From: Guillardia theta CCMP2712
Lineage: Eukaryota; Protista; Cryptophyta
Direction of reading: 5' to 3'
Assembly: GCF_000315625.1 (NCBI RefSeq)
Contig: NW_005434584.1
Span: forward strand, 196,851-260,850
DNA length: 64,000 nt
The notes under the pieces were generated by a model. The model worked only from the letters and a program-made list of their open reading frames with translations. It was not told where the DNA came from and made no database searches. The position numbers and the translations under genes were made by a program. Below are positions 36,161-49,031 of this stretch, piece by piece (positions within the stretch are counted from its first letter, which is position 1; every line of letters starts with the position of its first letter).

Positions 36161-37618
36161 ACCCACTCTCGCTGTCGCTCTCCCTCCCGGAAGTCTCCCA
36201 TGGTGCGACCGGTGGGTGACCCCCAAAACACTACTGGAATAGTTTAGTCAAGTACTCCAAACCGATTGGATCCTATTGAAAAGGTAACTAAAACTTTACT
36301 CATCCTATTGGTTCGTTTAGGAATCCTGGCACGTGTCCCAGCGACGCAAAAATTTCAACTTTGACTGAGAGTAATTTCAAAGTTAGATGAAAAACTTGAA
36401 AAGGTTGTCGAAAACCTTCTTTGGTTTTTTTTATTTCGGCCGCTGGGTCCCCAAGGGCAGAAAATTTCAATCAAGTTTCGACGATTTGAAATTTCACAGA
36501 TCTGCTAAAAAGTTTTTAAATAATGAGGCATCAAATTGACTCTATAGAATAATTTGCTGCCATTCCGCAATTTCAAGGAATTATTCTTGAGGCAGGCTTG
36601 ATTATTGAAAACAATGTTTTACTCAAATATCAGTTTCCGGTTTATAAGCTCCAAACTGAAAATTCCCAATTGTTCAAGATCATTTTCAAAAAGTTCACAT
36701 TTTTTCGTCATGGTCTCAAAACATTTTCAGCATTTCGTTCATATACTTGGGAGTAGCCAATGAAAATTCACGACAAAAACGCCCCCTTGTGGAAATCCTC
36801 TGTGGGGTTGCGCTTATCATCCCTGCAGCTGCTATGGCTGCGCAGTAGCGGCAGTTCGCGCCCTGCTACTCTTCGTCATGCTCCTCCTCCTCCTCTCCTC
36901 CACAGATTTCAAGCACAATTATCCTTCTTCCCCCAGATGGATTCTTGATCGGATCTTCCCGGCATGCTTCTGCCTTCCTCCTCCTGCGTCATCCCTTCCA
37001 CCTACCACGTAGACACGTGGAGTGATAAGCCTCTATCCTTGTCCGTGAAGTCTCCTTCTTAGTTTCTCCTCATTCTTCGCTTCACCATCCATGTGCTTGT
37101 CCCTCGATCAATGTTGCTATCGGGTTCTCTCGCTGCTGCCTGCGTTGGCCTTCATTGCAACCCTTACCACTTCGTGAACCCTTTCTGGCGATCCGCTGGG
37201 TTCCCGAGATCTTTTAACAACAGACTCTTTCCTCGACACTTGCCCCGTTTGTGTTTGTTGACAATGATCTATCTCGTTGCCTCCATGTTTTTTTCCTTCC
37301 TGGTCTTGTTTGCGCATGCTGTGTTTTCCATTTGTACACGTGGCCAATTCTGGTAAAATTCCCTAATCAGCACTAGGCGTGATGATCGAGTAAGATTCAT
37401 TCAGGACTCTGGATTAGATCGTAGATCGTTGTTTCTCCTTTCCTTGCTCAGTGTATCGTTGTTACTTTCCCGTTCAACACACAATCGAGGCGTTGCATGC
37501 AACATCTGGTGACTCTGAACCCTTGTGCTAGGTCCAGCAGGGCGTGGATTTGGGGAGGGGTCCTCGAATCGCTCCTTCCGTGGATCAACCGTTGTCTTAG
37601 ATCTAGGACGTTTCAGCC

Positions 37619-39111
37619 ATGGGAGTCCTTCTTTCCAAACCCAACACAGACAAAGTTTTTGACGATGGTGAAAGCGAGAAGATCGCCTATGCAGCTTGTT
37701 CCATGCAGGTGGGTTCTTTTGCTTCAGTCTGCAGCCTTTGAGTCACAGCAACAATTTTTGGATGTTTCATTGCCAATTCTTGAAATTGCAGCCTAGAAGT
37801 TTCGTCTTTGTCATTGCCCATTCCCTGAAATTCAAACTCAACAGGGATGGCGCACTACCATGGAAGACGCGCATGCTGCCGAGCTTGACATTGATGGCAA
37901 GAAGTCAGCATTTTTTGGTGTCTATGATGGTATTTGATACTCGCGTGCACTGCATGAGTTTCTCACGCTTCTTTCAGGCCATGCTGGCACAGATGTGGCA
38001 ATCTACAGCAGTAGATTTCTCCACAAGAATTTGTTGAAGAGCCCTCTGCTTAAGGTTGGTTTGATTGGACAGTTCCGTGTGTTTGGTCTCTGATAATCTT
38101 TCGTGTGATCAGCAAGGACAAATAGAAGCTGCTTTGAAGGAGGCCTTTCTCAAGACTGACAGTGATTTGCTCACGAGTGAGGGAATGAGCGAATGTGAAG
38201 CAATAAGGAGAGAGATAGCAAGAAGGTTCGATCTGCTCTGCTTGTCTGTCGCATGTGTGACGACCATGGCTGACTTTGAAAGCAGAGACGAAGACGAAGA
38301 CGAGGAGGATGAAGATGGCAGCATTCATGTTACTGACAGTGGCTCTACGGCCGTCACCTGCCTGGTACTGATTTATGTTTGAATGTTTGCGGGCAAACAT
38401 TGAATTCTGCTCGCAGATTTTAGATCGTGTCATTTATTGTGCCAATGCTGGAGATTCACGAGCGGTTCTTTGTCGTAATGGAACAGCGGTCGATCTGTCT
38501 GAAGACCACAAGCCCACCAACGCTGTGGAGAGGACGAGGATTGAGAATGCAAACGGATTTGTTGAGGACAAAAGGTGTGTGTCCGAGATGCAGAATTCTT
38601 TGTTTGGTTCACCTTGCTCCCAGGGTCAACGGCACCTTGGCTGTAGCAAGAGCTATGGGAGACTTTTCCTTCAAAGCAGACAAACAGCTGCCTCCCGAGG
38701 AGCAGCAAGTCACTTGCAATCCTGAAATTAAGAAGTTTCCAATGCAGGTCTGCCGCCCGATGGCGCTTGCAACCCAGAGATATCTGACATCTTGACTTTC
38801 AGGAAGGTGATGAGTTTATCATTATGGCTTGTGATGGTATTTGGGATGTCGTTTCAAGCCAGCAGTGCGTAGATCTGGTAGATCTGGTTTTGTTGTTGAT
38901 CGTGTTTTTCTGATCACCTTGGTGTAGATTCGGGAAAAGCTGAATGGTGGTAAGAGCCTTCGTGAAACGCTCTCCGATCTTTTTGATCATTGTCTCTCAC
39001 CCCATCCGTCTGCCAATGAGGTCTGACTGCTGCTTGCGATTTTTCGATTGACATGGTCGAAAGGGTCTCGGATGCGACAACATGACAGCAATCATTGTCA
39101 AATTCAAATGA
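37619..39111 (+). CDS. Protein phosphatase 2C (PPM1G/Ptc2-like), multi-exon
   Basis: [11 protein letters not shown]|[17 protein letters not shown]|HAG, acidic insert, [43 protein letters not shown] and [13 protein letters not shown]. Introns are short GT-AG. Confidence 0.96.
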
Positions 39112-39407
39112 GCAAGCTGCAAATGGAATCGATGTCTCGCCCGTTTGCCATCACGAACGTCAAACAGTCACTGTGCTGTGAAGGACCTTCATAACCCTTG
39201 TGTTTTTTTGGGACATGTTTTCAATGCATTATTTGAATACTGATTTCTCGCGTCACGGATCGTGTCTAGCCTCCCCTGCAACTTACGGGGAGACAGACTC
39301 TGGTACCGTCAATTGATAGGATGGAGGGATCGGATAGCAGGATGCTGGTTGGGGGAGGGCGAAGGGCAAGGTCGAGGCTGAGGGAAGAAAAGCGGGCGAG
39401 TGGGACG

Positions 39408-42400
39408 TTAACTGTGACTTCCACGTCGTTGTGAAGGAGGAGGAGGAAAATCTTGATTTGTATGAGGATTGTAGCGGTAACGAAGAGACAATGGAAGGAG
39501 GAGGAGGGAAGGAGAGAGAGTTTGACCAGGAGCTGTTGACGGATCTGAACATGATCGATCATCAGCTGGTACTAGCATCGCTCTCCTCTCCTGACTGAAC
39601 GTTCCGCTGCTGGGAGAAAATCTCCTTGACCTGCACTTGTACATCAGGACACAAGCTCCTCCTCCTCCTCCTCCTCCTTCTCCTCCTCCTCTAGCTTCTG
39701 CTCTCCCTCTCTTTCTCCTCCCCCTACATCCCCCCCACCATCAGCTACTAACTCCTCCTCCTTCCCCTTCCCCCTCCCCCTCCTCCTCCTCCCTCTCACC
39801 TGCTGGGAGGTGGTCGCCTGGCTCGCCCCCTTCTCCTCTCGCTCTCGCACGAAGCGAGGGAAACGGAGAGCGATGCCGCGGGAAGCATGGACAACCCCGT
39901 AGCAGGCCGTGTGCTGGGACAGCATGAGTCATGAGTGCCTGAGGGGAGAGACAGAGCTCTGGAGAAGGAGGAGGGGTTGGGGGGAGAAAGAGCAAGACTG
40001 TGAGGAGGAGGAGGAGGAGGAGGAGGAGGAGGAGGAGGAGGAGGAGGAGGAGGAGGGGGGGTGGTGATGGTATTAGGTTAGTAGTAGTAGCAGTATTAGG
40101 AGGAGGCGGCGGCAAGGGTGGGACCTGCGGTGAAAGGGAGAGATCCGCAGCTGATATCTCCCAGACCGTCGAAGGGTCAAACCAGACGTCAGGCTGGTTG
40201 GGACCTTCCGGGACTTTTGCGTTGCCTGCGAAGAAGGGTGAGAGGAGGAGGAGGAGGAGGAAGAGGAAGAGAAGGAGGAGAAGGAGGAAGAGGTCTTCAC
40301 TCACGAGGAGGGGTCTGTACAGCCTTGGGGGAAAGGTTCTTCATGAACTGCTGTAGATTCTCGTCGCTGAATCCGGATCCTGTTGCTTCCCCTCAGCCTA
40401 CCCGTCCTGCTCCTGCTGCTCCTGCTGCTGCTCCTGCTCCTGCTGCTGCTCCTGCCCCTGCCCCTGCCCCTGCCCCTGCCCCTGCCCCTGCCCCTGCCCC
40501 TGCTCCTGCTCCTGCTCCCCTCGCGATTCTGAGTACCCTCCAATCCTCCCTGTCCCCCACATTTCTCTCAACCATTCTTCCACCACCTTCGAAACACCCT
40601 GACTCTCATCTATCCTACTCTTTCCCTTCTCTCCTCCTCCCTCTCTCCTCCCTCCCGCTCTCACTCTCCCCTTCCCGACACCCTCCCCCTCCTCCTCCTC
40701 TCACCCAACTTGCAGACTGTCTCGAACTCGTCAGTCTCCGAGTTGTAGCAGGCGAGCAGGAAGGCTCCGTAAACCCCCGTGCGCTTCCCTCGGCCCTGCG
40801 AGACGGTGAGGACTTTGAGGAGGAGGCGAGAGGAGGAGGAGGAACAGGAGACAGGAGACAGAAGGCAGGAAGAGGAGGAGAATGAGGAGAAGAAGGACGA
40901 GGGAGGAGCTCAAGAGGGAGGAGCACAAGGAGCAGGAGGACAGAGGGGGGAAGGTGGTGGAGAGCATGAGGATCAGTAGCTGCGAGGAAGAAAGGGCTGC
41001 GGTGGTTGTGCACGCAGGAAGTTGAAACTTTGAAATTGCCTGCCATGCCCCGACGACGACGAGGTCGAAGGTATCGACCATCCCCTCTATGTAGTCCTTC
41101 TTGAGCTGTGAACCCACCAGTCAGCCCACCTCCCTCCCTCTCATCTCTCCTACTTCTCCTTCATCCGTCCTCATCTATTCGCTCCCTCTCACTCCTACTT
41201 CTCACTCCTCACTCCCTTCTCCTCCTCTTCCCCCCCTCCCTCCCTCCCTCCCTCCTCCCCCAGCACCTCTCCTCTCCACCTAACTTCCATGTTCTTCTCT
41301 TCGCTCCACCTCCCTCTTTCTTCCTCTCTCCCTCTCCCTCTCTCCCTCTCTCCCTCTCTCCCTACCTTGAGCCATTCCCTCGACCGCTTGTCCGGCGCAT
41401 ATTGCGACGGTTCGCCCTCGAGGCTCTTGATCATGAGCCCCTCGCAGCTGTCCTGAAGGGCCACCTACAAGTTTGCGGGGGGAGCTGAGAAACCACGGGA
41501 GATGCGCAGCTGGGAGGAGAGACCTGAAAGAACTCCTCCATGTCCTCCGGCGAGGTTGGGTCGATGGAAGAGACGAATTTGAACCTTCCCTCCACTTCCC
41601 TCAAGTTTTGTCTGTACAAGAGTGAGGAGGAGGGGACGAAAGTGGAGGGAGGGAGAAGGAGGAGGAGGGAGGGGACACGATGGAGAGGGGGGGAGATGAG
41701 TTCATGGGATAGAGAGGAAGATTTGAAAGAGGGAAAGCGGCGTGGGTGTCGGTAAGAAGAGTGAGAGGGAGGAGGAAAAACAGGAGCAGAAAGGGGCAGG
41801 TGGCAGAGCAGGAGGGGAGGAGCGAAAGGAGGAGGAGGGGCAGGAAAAGGAAGGAGGAGGAGGAAGAAGGAGTAGAAGGGGAGCAGGAGACCGCAGGATC
41901 TGCCTCCTCTCAATGAGGGGGCGGCGCATGAGACTTTCTCCGTTAAGGAGGAGGATGTCAAACGCAAAGACGCAGACGTCAACTTTCAAGGAGCTGAGCT
42001 GAACATTCTTGCGAGCTCGGGTCGACAGAATCTGCGATTGGAATGAGGGGGTCAAAGAACGGAAGAGGCTAGGAGGACGGAGGAAGGGGGATAGAAGGAA
42101 CCAAGAAGAGGGAGCAGGAGCGAGGAGAGTACAGGGTAGGAGGAGGAAACGAGGACTTGCCTGGAATGGGAGGATACGATTCGTTGCCCTCTCCACCGCC
42201 ACGACCTCACAGTCCAGGATGGCTGACTTGACGCCTAACGCCTCTTGTCATCGTCTCGGCTCCTCCCTCGGTTCCCACCTCCTCCCTCGACGATCTTCGG
42301 CAGCAGCTCGACGATGTCTGGGAATTTGCCAGTAGTGTCCTCTGAGTTCCTGCGACAGGAGCTGAGAAGGTGGCAGGAAGCAGAGAGCTAGGAAGATTGC

Positions 42401-44901
42401 AGAGAAGGAGTGGAGGAGGAGGAGGAGGAGGAGGAGGAAGAGGGCAGATGTGGCGGGAGGAGCTGGGAAACAAGCAGGAGGCAGCAGGTGAGCTGGGGAC
42501 CTGCTGAACACCTTGACCTTCTGATCCTCCAGCCAGTGGATTTGACTCCTCTCGCCGTCGTACTTGTACTCGCACGTGACAGTCTGTGCCCAGCAGGGTG
42601 TCAAGCTGCCTTGTCAAGCCGCTCCAGCTCACCTTGTTGCCGAACCTCTTGGTCACTTCGGACACTCCCCGAGACGGATGGGCGAGCATCGGCTTGACGG
42701 GAACCCCAGGGGTGAGAGGGCAGAGAACAGGGAGCTGCTGGTAGGAGTGCTCGAGCAGGATGGGGACGACAGTCTCGTAGCAGGGCTGCTGGGCCAGCGC
42801 CTCCTTCAGCGCCTCGGTCGCTATGCTGCTCTCCTTCTTGAACTCTTCGGGGGAAAGGGAAGGAGGAGGAAGAGGAGAGGGGAAAGAGGAGGAAGAGGAT
42901 GCTGGAGGATGGAGGACGAAGGTGGCGGCTAGAGCGCTGATGACTGACGGCTCTGCCAGCCCCACCCGCAACTTGCCTTGGAGGATGCGGGTGATCCAGA
43001 GCGACTCGTTGCCCCTGGCAGCGACGAGGAGGCAGAGGATAATATCGCGCCGTTGCTTGACTGACTCGCTCCCCTCTATGGCAGCCGCAGACTTCATGGC
43101 CTCGAAGACGCTCCGGACGGTGAGGGCCCGAACGGGAGAGAGGGAGAGCTGGTTCCTTCTAGGGGCAAGGATGAGAGGGAGAGAGAGACAGAGGGAGGGA
43201 GGAGAGGGAGGAAGGGAGGAGGAGGGAGGAGGAGGGAGGAGGAGGAAGGGATGAAAAGGACCAGAGAGGGAGGGGGGAAGGGAGGAAGAGAAGGAGGGGA
43301 AGAGAAGGTAAGGAAGAAGGCAGGAAGACAAGGAGGGAGGAAGGGGAAGGAGGGGCGGGAAGGATAACGAGAGGAGGAGAGGAGAAGCGAGACAAACCTT
43401 GTTGCCACTGCCACCTGTCCCAGATCTCCAACTTTCTTGTACTCCTCCTTGATCTTGGACGTCTCATGCCCTGATGCCGCAGCGATCGCCTGCACCAGCA
43501 CGCTGTCGCCGACGCCGAGCTCGAGGCCCTTGAAGGGAGGAGCGACGCGACCCAGCATGATGTAGACGAAGGGAACAAGGTCATCAGGTGTAAGTCGGCG
43601 GACGGTACTCAACGCAGCAGTCACGATGGAGATGATCTCAAGTCTCTTGGAGGTGCCCTGTACCCTGTCCAGGGTGCTGCTGAGGTGGCTGAAAGGGACC
43701 GGTTCTCCCTCCTTCCACTCCACGTGCACGTCTTCATCCCCCCTCCCTCCTTCAGCTGCTCCTGCTGATGCTCTTCCCTCCTCCTCACTCACTCTCTGCT
43801 CCTTCCCTCCTTCGGGCTGTTCCTGATCCTCCTCCTCCTCCTCCTTCTCTTCCTTCGGCTCCCGAGGGGGAGCAGGTTGCTTCGCCCTCCTCGTTCTCGC
43901 CCTGGGAGCAGGAGTTTCGTCCTCCTCCTTCGCATCAACCTTGATCTTCGGCGGCCTTCCTCTCCTCTTCTTCGTCTCCGGCTGTCCCGGCTGCCCCGTC
44001 GCTTCTTCACTCTCAGCCTTCTTGTTCGTCCTCCTCCTTGTTCCACCTCTCGCTCCCGCCGCTGCCTCCTCCGCGCCCTCCGTCGCGTTTCGAATCATGG
44101 AGGACATCGCCAGCACACCTGGCCGAGATGAAAGGCAAGCAGCAGCACCCGTCAGTCAACATACACTTGTCAAACTGAGCTACCTGTTATCAAGGACGAG
44201 GCTGCCGCCCCAGTATCGTCCGACAGTCCCCTGCTCCCCTGCATGGACAAATCTTGCTCCGAGGATGCGAGCGAGTTCAGCTGCACCCCTCCTCTCTTCA
44301 CGCGCATGTTCAAGGGAGCACCGGCGCCTTGTGCCTTCACCTGCTGCTCCTCGTCCCTGCTTTCCGGTTTTCCTCCCTTGAGCATGAGGAGCTTGAGGAA
44401 GCGGAAAGTTGTGACCATCGACAGGTATCTAGAGAGGATCGGACTTGTAAGTGTGCTCGGGTGGAGCGAGATGGACAAGCAGGACAGGAGCGAGGAGCCT
44501 GCAGAGCGCCCGCCATGCGCTGGATCCGAGCTAGACATCGCCATGCACGCAAGCCTCTTCGACTTCCTCCTCAGCGGAAGCAGAGGGTTGCTCTCTATGA
44601 AGGCAGCCCCGAGGGAGGACGGCATCATGCGCTGAGATCTGGAGCTGAGCAGTTCCATCCAACTCCTGGCTCCGGGAGAGGCTGCCTTGCAGTAGAACTC
44701 TCCTCCTGAGGGAGGGGTAGGAAGGTGAGACGGGTTGGGGAGGGAGATCGAGGGGAAAGACGAGGAGGAGGAGGAGGAGGAGGGAGCAAGGAAAGAGGCT
44801 GGCTGTAGGCGAGGACTGATGAGACTCGATGCTCCTGCATGGATGGCGGCAGGGTAGCAGGCAGCGGCCATGGCCATCAACATCGGTCGCACCGGCGCCA
44901 T
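39408..44901 (-). CDS. LIG1: DNA ligase I (ATP-dependent), multi-exon, with long N-terminal extension
   Basis: [37 protein letters not shown] (KxDG), [52 protein letters not shown] and GIALRFPRF. The 3' end is approximate. Confidence 0.95.
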
Positions 44902-45921
44902 CGCTGGGCCACTAGGAGTACTTCACTCAATTATCACACAAACAAGTCTGCCTCAGGAATTAGATATATGATCCAACAAAGGCAGAAATGAGAATGAGAT
45001 TATTCAAATTGGCGTGTAGGGCAGGAGGTGGGATGGGAGGAAGGGCGAAGCAGGAGAGGAGAGGAGCAGAGGAGCAGAGGAGCAGAGGAGGAAGAGAAAA
45101 GGAGAAAAGAAGCAAAGAAGAGAGCAGGAGGCAAAGAAAACAAGGTAAAATGCAGAATGCAGGAGGAAAAAGGCAAAGAGGCAGAGAAGAGAGAAAGGAG
45201 GGAGGTGGCGAGTTGGGCGGGCAAGCAAAAATGGGTAGGTAAGGGAGAGGGAGGGCAGGTGAAAGAGACAGGGTCCTGTTTCCTCCTCCCTCCCTCTTCG
45301 CTCCTCTCTTCATTCGTATTTCCCCTTTAGCCGTTCAAGGCCTTCAAGAGCCACGGGCATGGTGGAAGATAACGAAGTGGCTCGACGAAGTTGATGATGG
45401 CGACATAGACGATGAGAGGAGTTCCTTAGGCAAAGAAGGGGAATGGAAGTGTGGGAAGGTGGACATGGGAGGGGAGAGGAAGGAGGAGGAAGAGGGCAAG
45501 GAAGGGGAAAGGAATTGTGGGGAGGAGGAACCTTATGCTGACATTTCAATCATGAAATGTAAAACAACAGATGCAAAGACAGAGTGACAATGGAGATGAC
45601 TGAGAAGTTAATGATGATTGCAGTCGTGATCAGGAGTTTGCGAGAACGAAAACCAAAACGTACACATCGATTAGTGAAATGAGAATGAAATGATCTTGGG
45701 TTCTCCAGGCAGAAAACAACGTGACTGTCAAGCGCATGTAACATGCATTATTCAAAAGAAACATGTTGAGACATAATCGGCATCTTTGGTAACACCGCAA
45801 ACTGATAATCAGACAACTCTCCTCTAACATCAAAGAGCCAAAGGATTGTAGTGCAGAAAGAAAGCTTCACGTTTCAAAGTTTGTTTTGTTTGTACATGTT
45901 GTTTTCAGAACTTAAAACAGT

Positions 45922-47346
45922 CTAGTATCCCTCATCTCCGGAAGCAGTGGAGACCTTGCCATACACGATGCCCTTAATCAAGACCTTCTTGGGAGCCTTG
46001 GATCCCATATCAGTGTCAGACAGCTGCTCAGAGACGAACACGCCAGAGAACTCTCCCGTCTGCCCATCAACCTTGTTGACCGCGAACTCCATGCTTCCGT
46101 CAGTGACCTGGAAGACCTTGTTGTTCTCCTTGAAGAGCTCAGCCTGTCCCTCGTTGCCATCAGCCTCAAAGGCAGGAAGAGCCTGGGCCATGTCGTATCC
46201 AGTGGTGGCACCACGTCCCTTGGGGTCAAGGAAGAGACCGGAGCGGTAGGAAGGGACGGTGAAGGTTCCGCCGAACTCGGTTCCGGGGGAGATACCCTTG
46301 GGGGCGGTGGCCTTGGCGACGAGCTCCTTGATGGTGAAGAAGAAGGGAACACGCTCGCCTCCAGGAAGCTGGACGGTGGTGGCGGCGTAGTCGAGACCCT
46401 CCTTCTCCTGGAAGGTGAGGGAGCCGTCCTTGTCGTAGAAGAGGGGCCCCTCGACACCGGCAAGGGAGTAGGTGGCACGGGTCACGAGCTTGGTGTCAAC
46501 AAACTCTGTAGACGACAGTCAGATTGAGAGAGTCAAAAGGAAGAGTATCATCGCACCTCTGCGGCTCTCGCCACGCTTCTTCTGCACCTCGGTCTCGATC
46601 TGGAAGGACTTGGGCTCAATGCAGAGGTCAGTGATCTTGTACTTGGTGTTCTGTTGGAGCACGATATCCTCTCCGTTGGACTCGACCTCAGGGCAGCGGT
46701 TGGCGATACCAGTTCCCTTGACCTCCTCGTAGGTGAGGTTGTTGATGTCCTTGCTGGTCAAGGCGTTGGCAGCGTCGGCTCCTCCAATGATCAAGGGGAG
46801 GGCAGCCAATCCAGCCGCGGCCACCTTGACGTTGCTCTGCGCAGACATGGAGACCGCGCATGTGGCACGCTGGTTCACCTGTGGGCAGCATGGTCATGCG
46901 CCCGCAGCTCATATAGCACATCTAGTTTGTTGCTCGTGACAAACATCCATGATTCCTCCCCTCTTCTCCTTCCCTCACTTCTCATGATTTCTGACACGTG
47001 TCATTTTAAGATGTCACAGATCTGAACAAGCAGTCTCCCCTCATCCCGTCTGTTTCTCCTACAGCCCCGCCCCTGTCTTTCTTGCACACATGGAAGATAA
47101 AGAAAATCTCAAAAGCCAACAGACAGGCAGAGAAGCTGTAGGGAGCAAGGGTTGCGGAGGAAGGAACAATCGACCATGGCAGACACAAAACTGACGATTC
47201 AACACAACCACAGAGCGTTCTCCCCGCAGCAACCATCAGCAACAGAGCACGATGTGTACCTTAGCAGGAGCTCCAGAACGGAGGGTGGGCTGGAAGGCGG
47301 CGGCAGAGGCGGCAACGGCGGCCAAGCACGCTGATCGGGTGAACAT
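45922..47346 (-). CDS. psbO: Photosystem II oxygen-evolving enhancer protein 1 precursor
   Basis: Exons 47346-47260, 46878-46557 and 46505-45922. Motifs LTYEEVKGTGIANRCP, GLDYAATTVQLPGGERVPF, FLDPKGRG and SDTDMGSK. The leader MFTRSACLAAVAASAAA-FQP is followed by a transit peptide and a lumen signal ending ANA. Confidence 0.99.
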
Positions 47347-47409
47347 GGCGGGGGGGCTGTTCGGCGGGAGGAGCAGGAGAAACTCCTTAAGCCCTCAGAA
47401 AGGCGTCAG

Positions 47410-48140
47410 GTCCTCCACCCCCACCCCCTAAATCTCACAGATGAATATTCCCACCCCTTCAAAATCCTATACCCCACCCACTCAATCAGACTCATAGAGC
47501 ATGCATTGATTGCCCACCCTACCCCTTAGAAGGACCCGGGTCCAACTCCACCCTCGAATCACATTTGATCCTCCACCCTACCTCCAGTCATTAACTATAC
47601 CAGGACCCACCTGTATATCGACCGCTACCCAAGGTCCTGATCATTAGAGGTCGGATGGACCCTACCCCCCATCTGGACCAGCTTCCCATCATTCATACCC
47701 CTACCCTTCAGTTTGTTGCACCACCCCTTACGACCCAATCATTACAACTACCCCCACCATACAGTTAAACTACCCATGTCTCAGACCGGCACTGAACTAC
47801 CCTCTGATCATCATGTCCTACCCCCACCCACCGGCAAATTCATTCCGGTCCGCCTCAGGTTATTTACCACCCCCTAGGCTCGTACAACCATACACCCCTA
47901 CGTGCCGACTACCCTACCCCCTCTGACACCCATTCTAAAAACGATGACCATATTTTTGATTACCCACCCTTCAATTGAGTTGACCCCACCCATAATATTC
48001 AAGCATTTTTGTTTTCAAAAGAACCCGTATTCCCGTTCTTGTCACCCCTGCTGTTTACCACCCACCCTCTGTGAATCGCCCCATCATTCACCCCCCAGGT
48101 TGGTGGGTGCTGACCCACCCCATAGCTGACGACCCCTTCG
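47410..48140 (+). other. Strand-biased tract of dispersed (T/C)ACCC motifs upstream of psbO
   Basis: Dozens of CTACCC/CCACCC/GACCC motifs on the + strand, not in a regular tandem register. Confidence 0.7.
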
Positions 48141-49031
48141 CCCCTGAGATCAAAAGTCTGACGAGAATGATCGTAGACCACATCCCTGCACTGACCCAGC
48201 CTGCCGGCGGACTCATGAGGTGACCGCCGGGCCGCAGCATACCGGGGCCCGGCCGGGCCCGGCCCGCACGGACGCCCCCGGTCACCGGGCACCCGCTGCT
48301 ACGGGCCTGGCAATCCAAGGCTAAGTTCAGACGGTCACGCAATCAAGTTAGTACAGCGCCAACCGTGGCCTGATGCGAGTCTCAGCATCGCCGGATCGGA
48401 CTCGCGGCGAGACACGGGGGGGGCCTCCGATGCTCAGTGTCCTGAGTCCTCCGGGCCGAGGCTCGCCGGAGTCTCCGAAGTCAGAAGTCAGCCTGGCAGG
48501 CTGCCGCAGCACACGGTGCCGCGGAAAACATGAGGTTGTAGGCTAAAAGACTGTCACGTGAGTAAAAGAAGTCACATCATTTGGCGTGACCGTACGCCGG
48601 CGGGCCCGCCACGGTCCGTCTGTGAGTACCGGCGAGTCTATCACTCAGTGACTGGTCCGGCCGACTTGACCCTCACACAGCACGCACATGTTCCGTTGAG
48701 TAGTCTCATGGCGGGAGAGAACGGAGAAGGGCGGATCGAGCAAGAGGAGGAGAAGGAGGAGAGGGATGAGGAGGGAGGGAGGAAGGTAGAGAGCTAGAGG
48801 GAGAGAGGGGGGGAGGGGGGGAGAGCGAGAGAGAGAGAGAGAGGGAAGAAGAGAAGGAGAGAGGGCAAAGGGGAGCACGGGAGGGCGAGGGGGAGTGGGG
48901 GAGAGGTAGCGGTGAGATAGCTGATAGTTGGCAGCAGAAGCCGAGACGAGACAAGATACGAGGGAGCAGGAGGGTGATGAAGTTCTGTTGAGTCTCATGC
49001 AGGTTGAGGGTGGTGGTGGGAGGTCGCAGGA

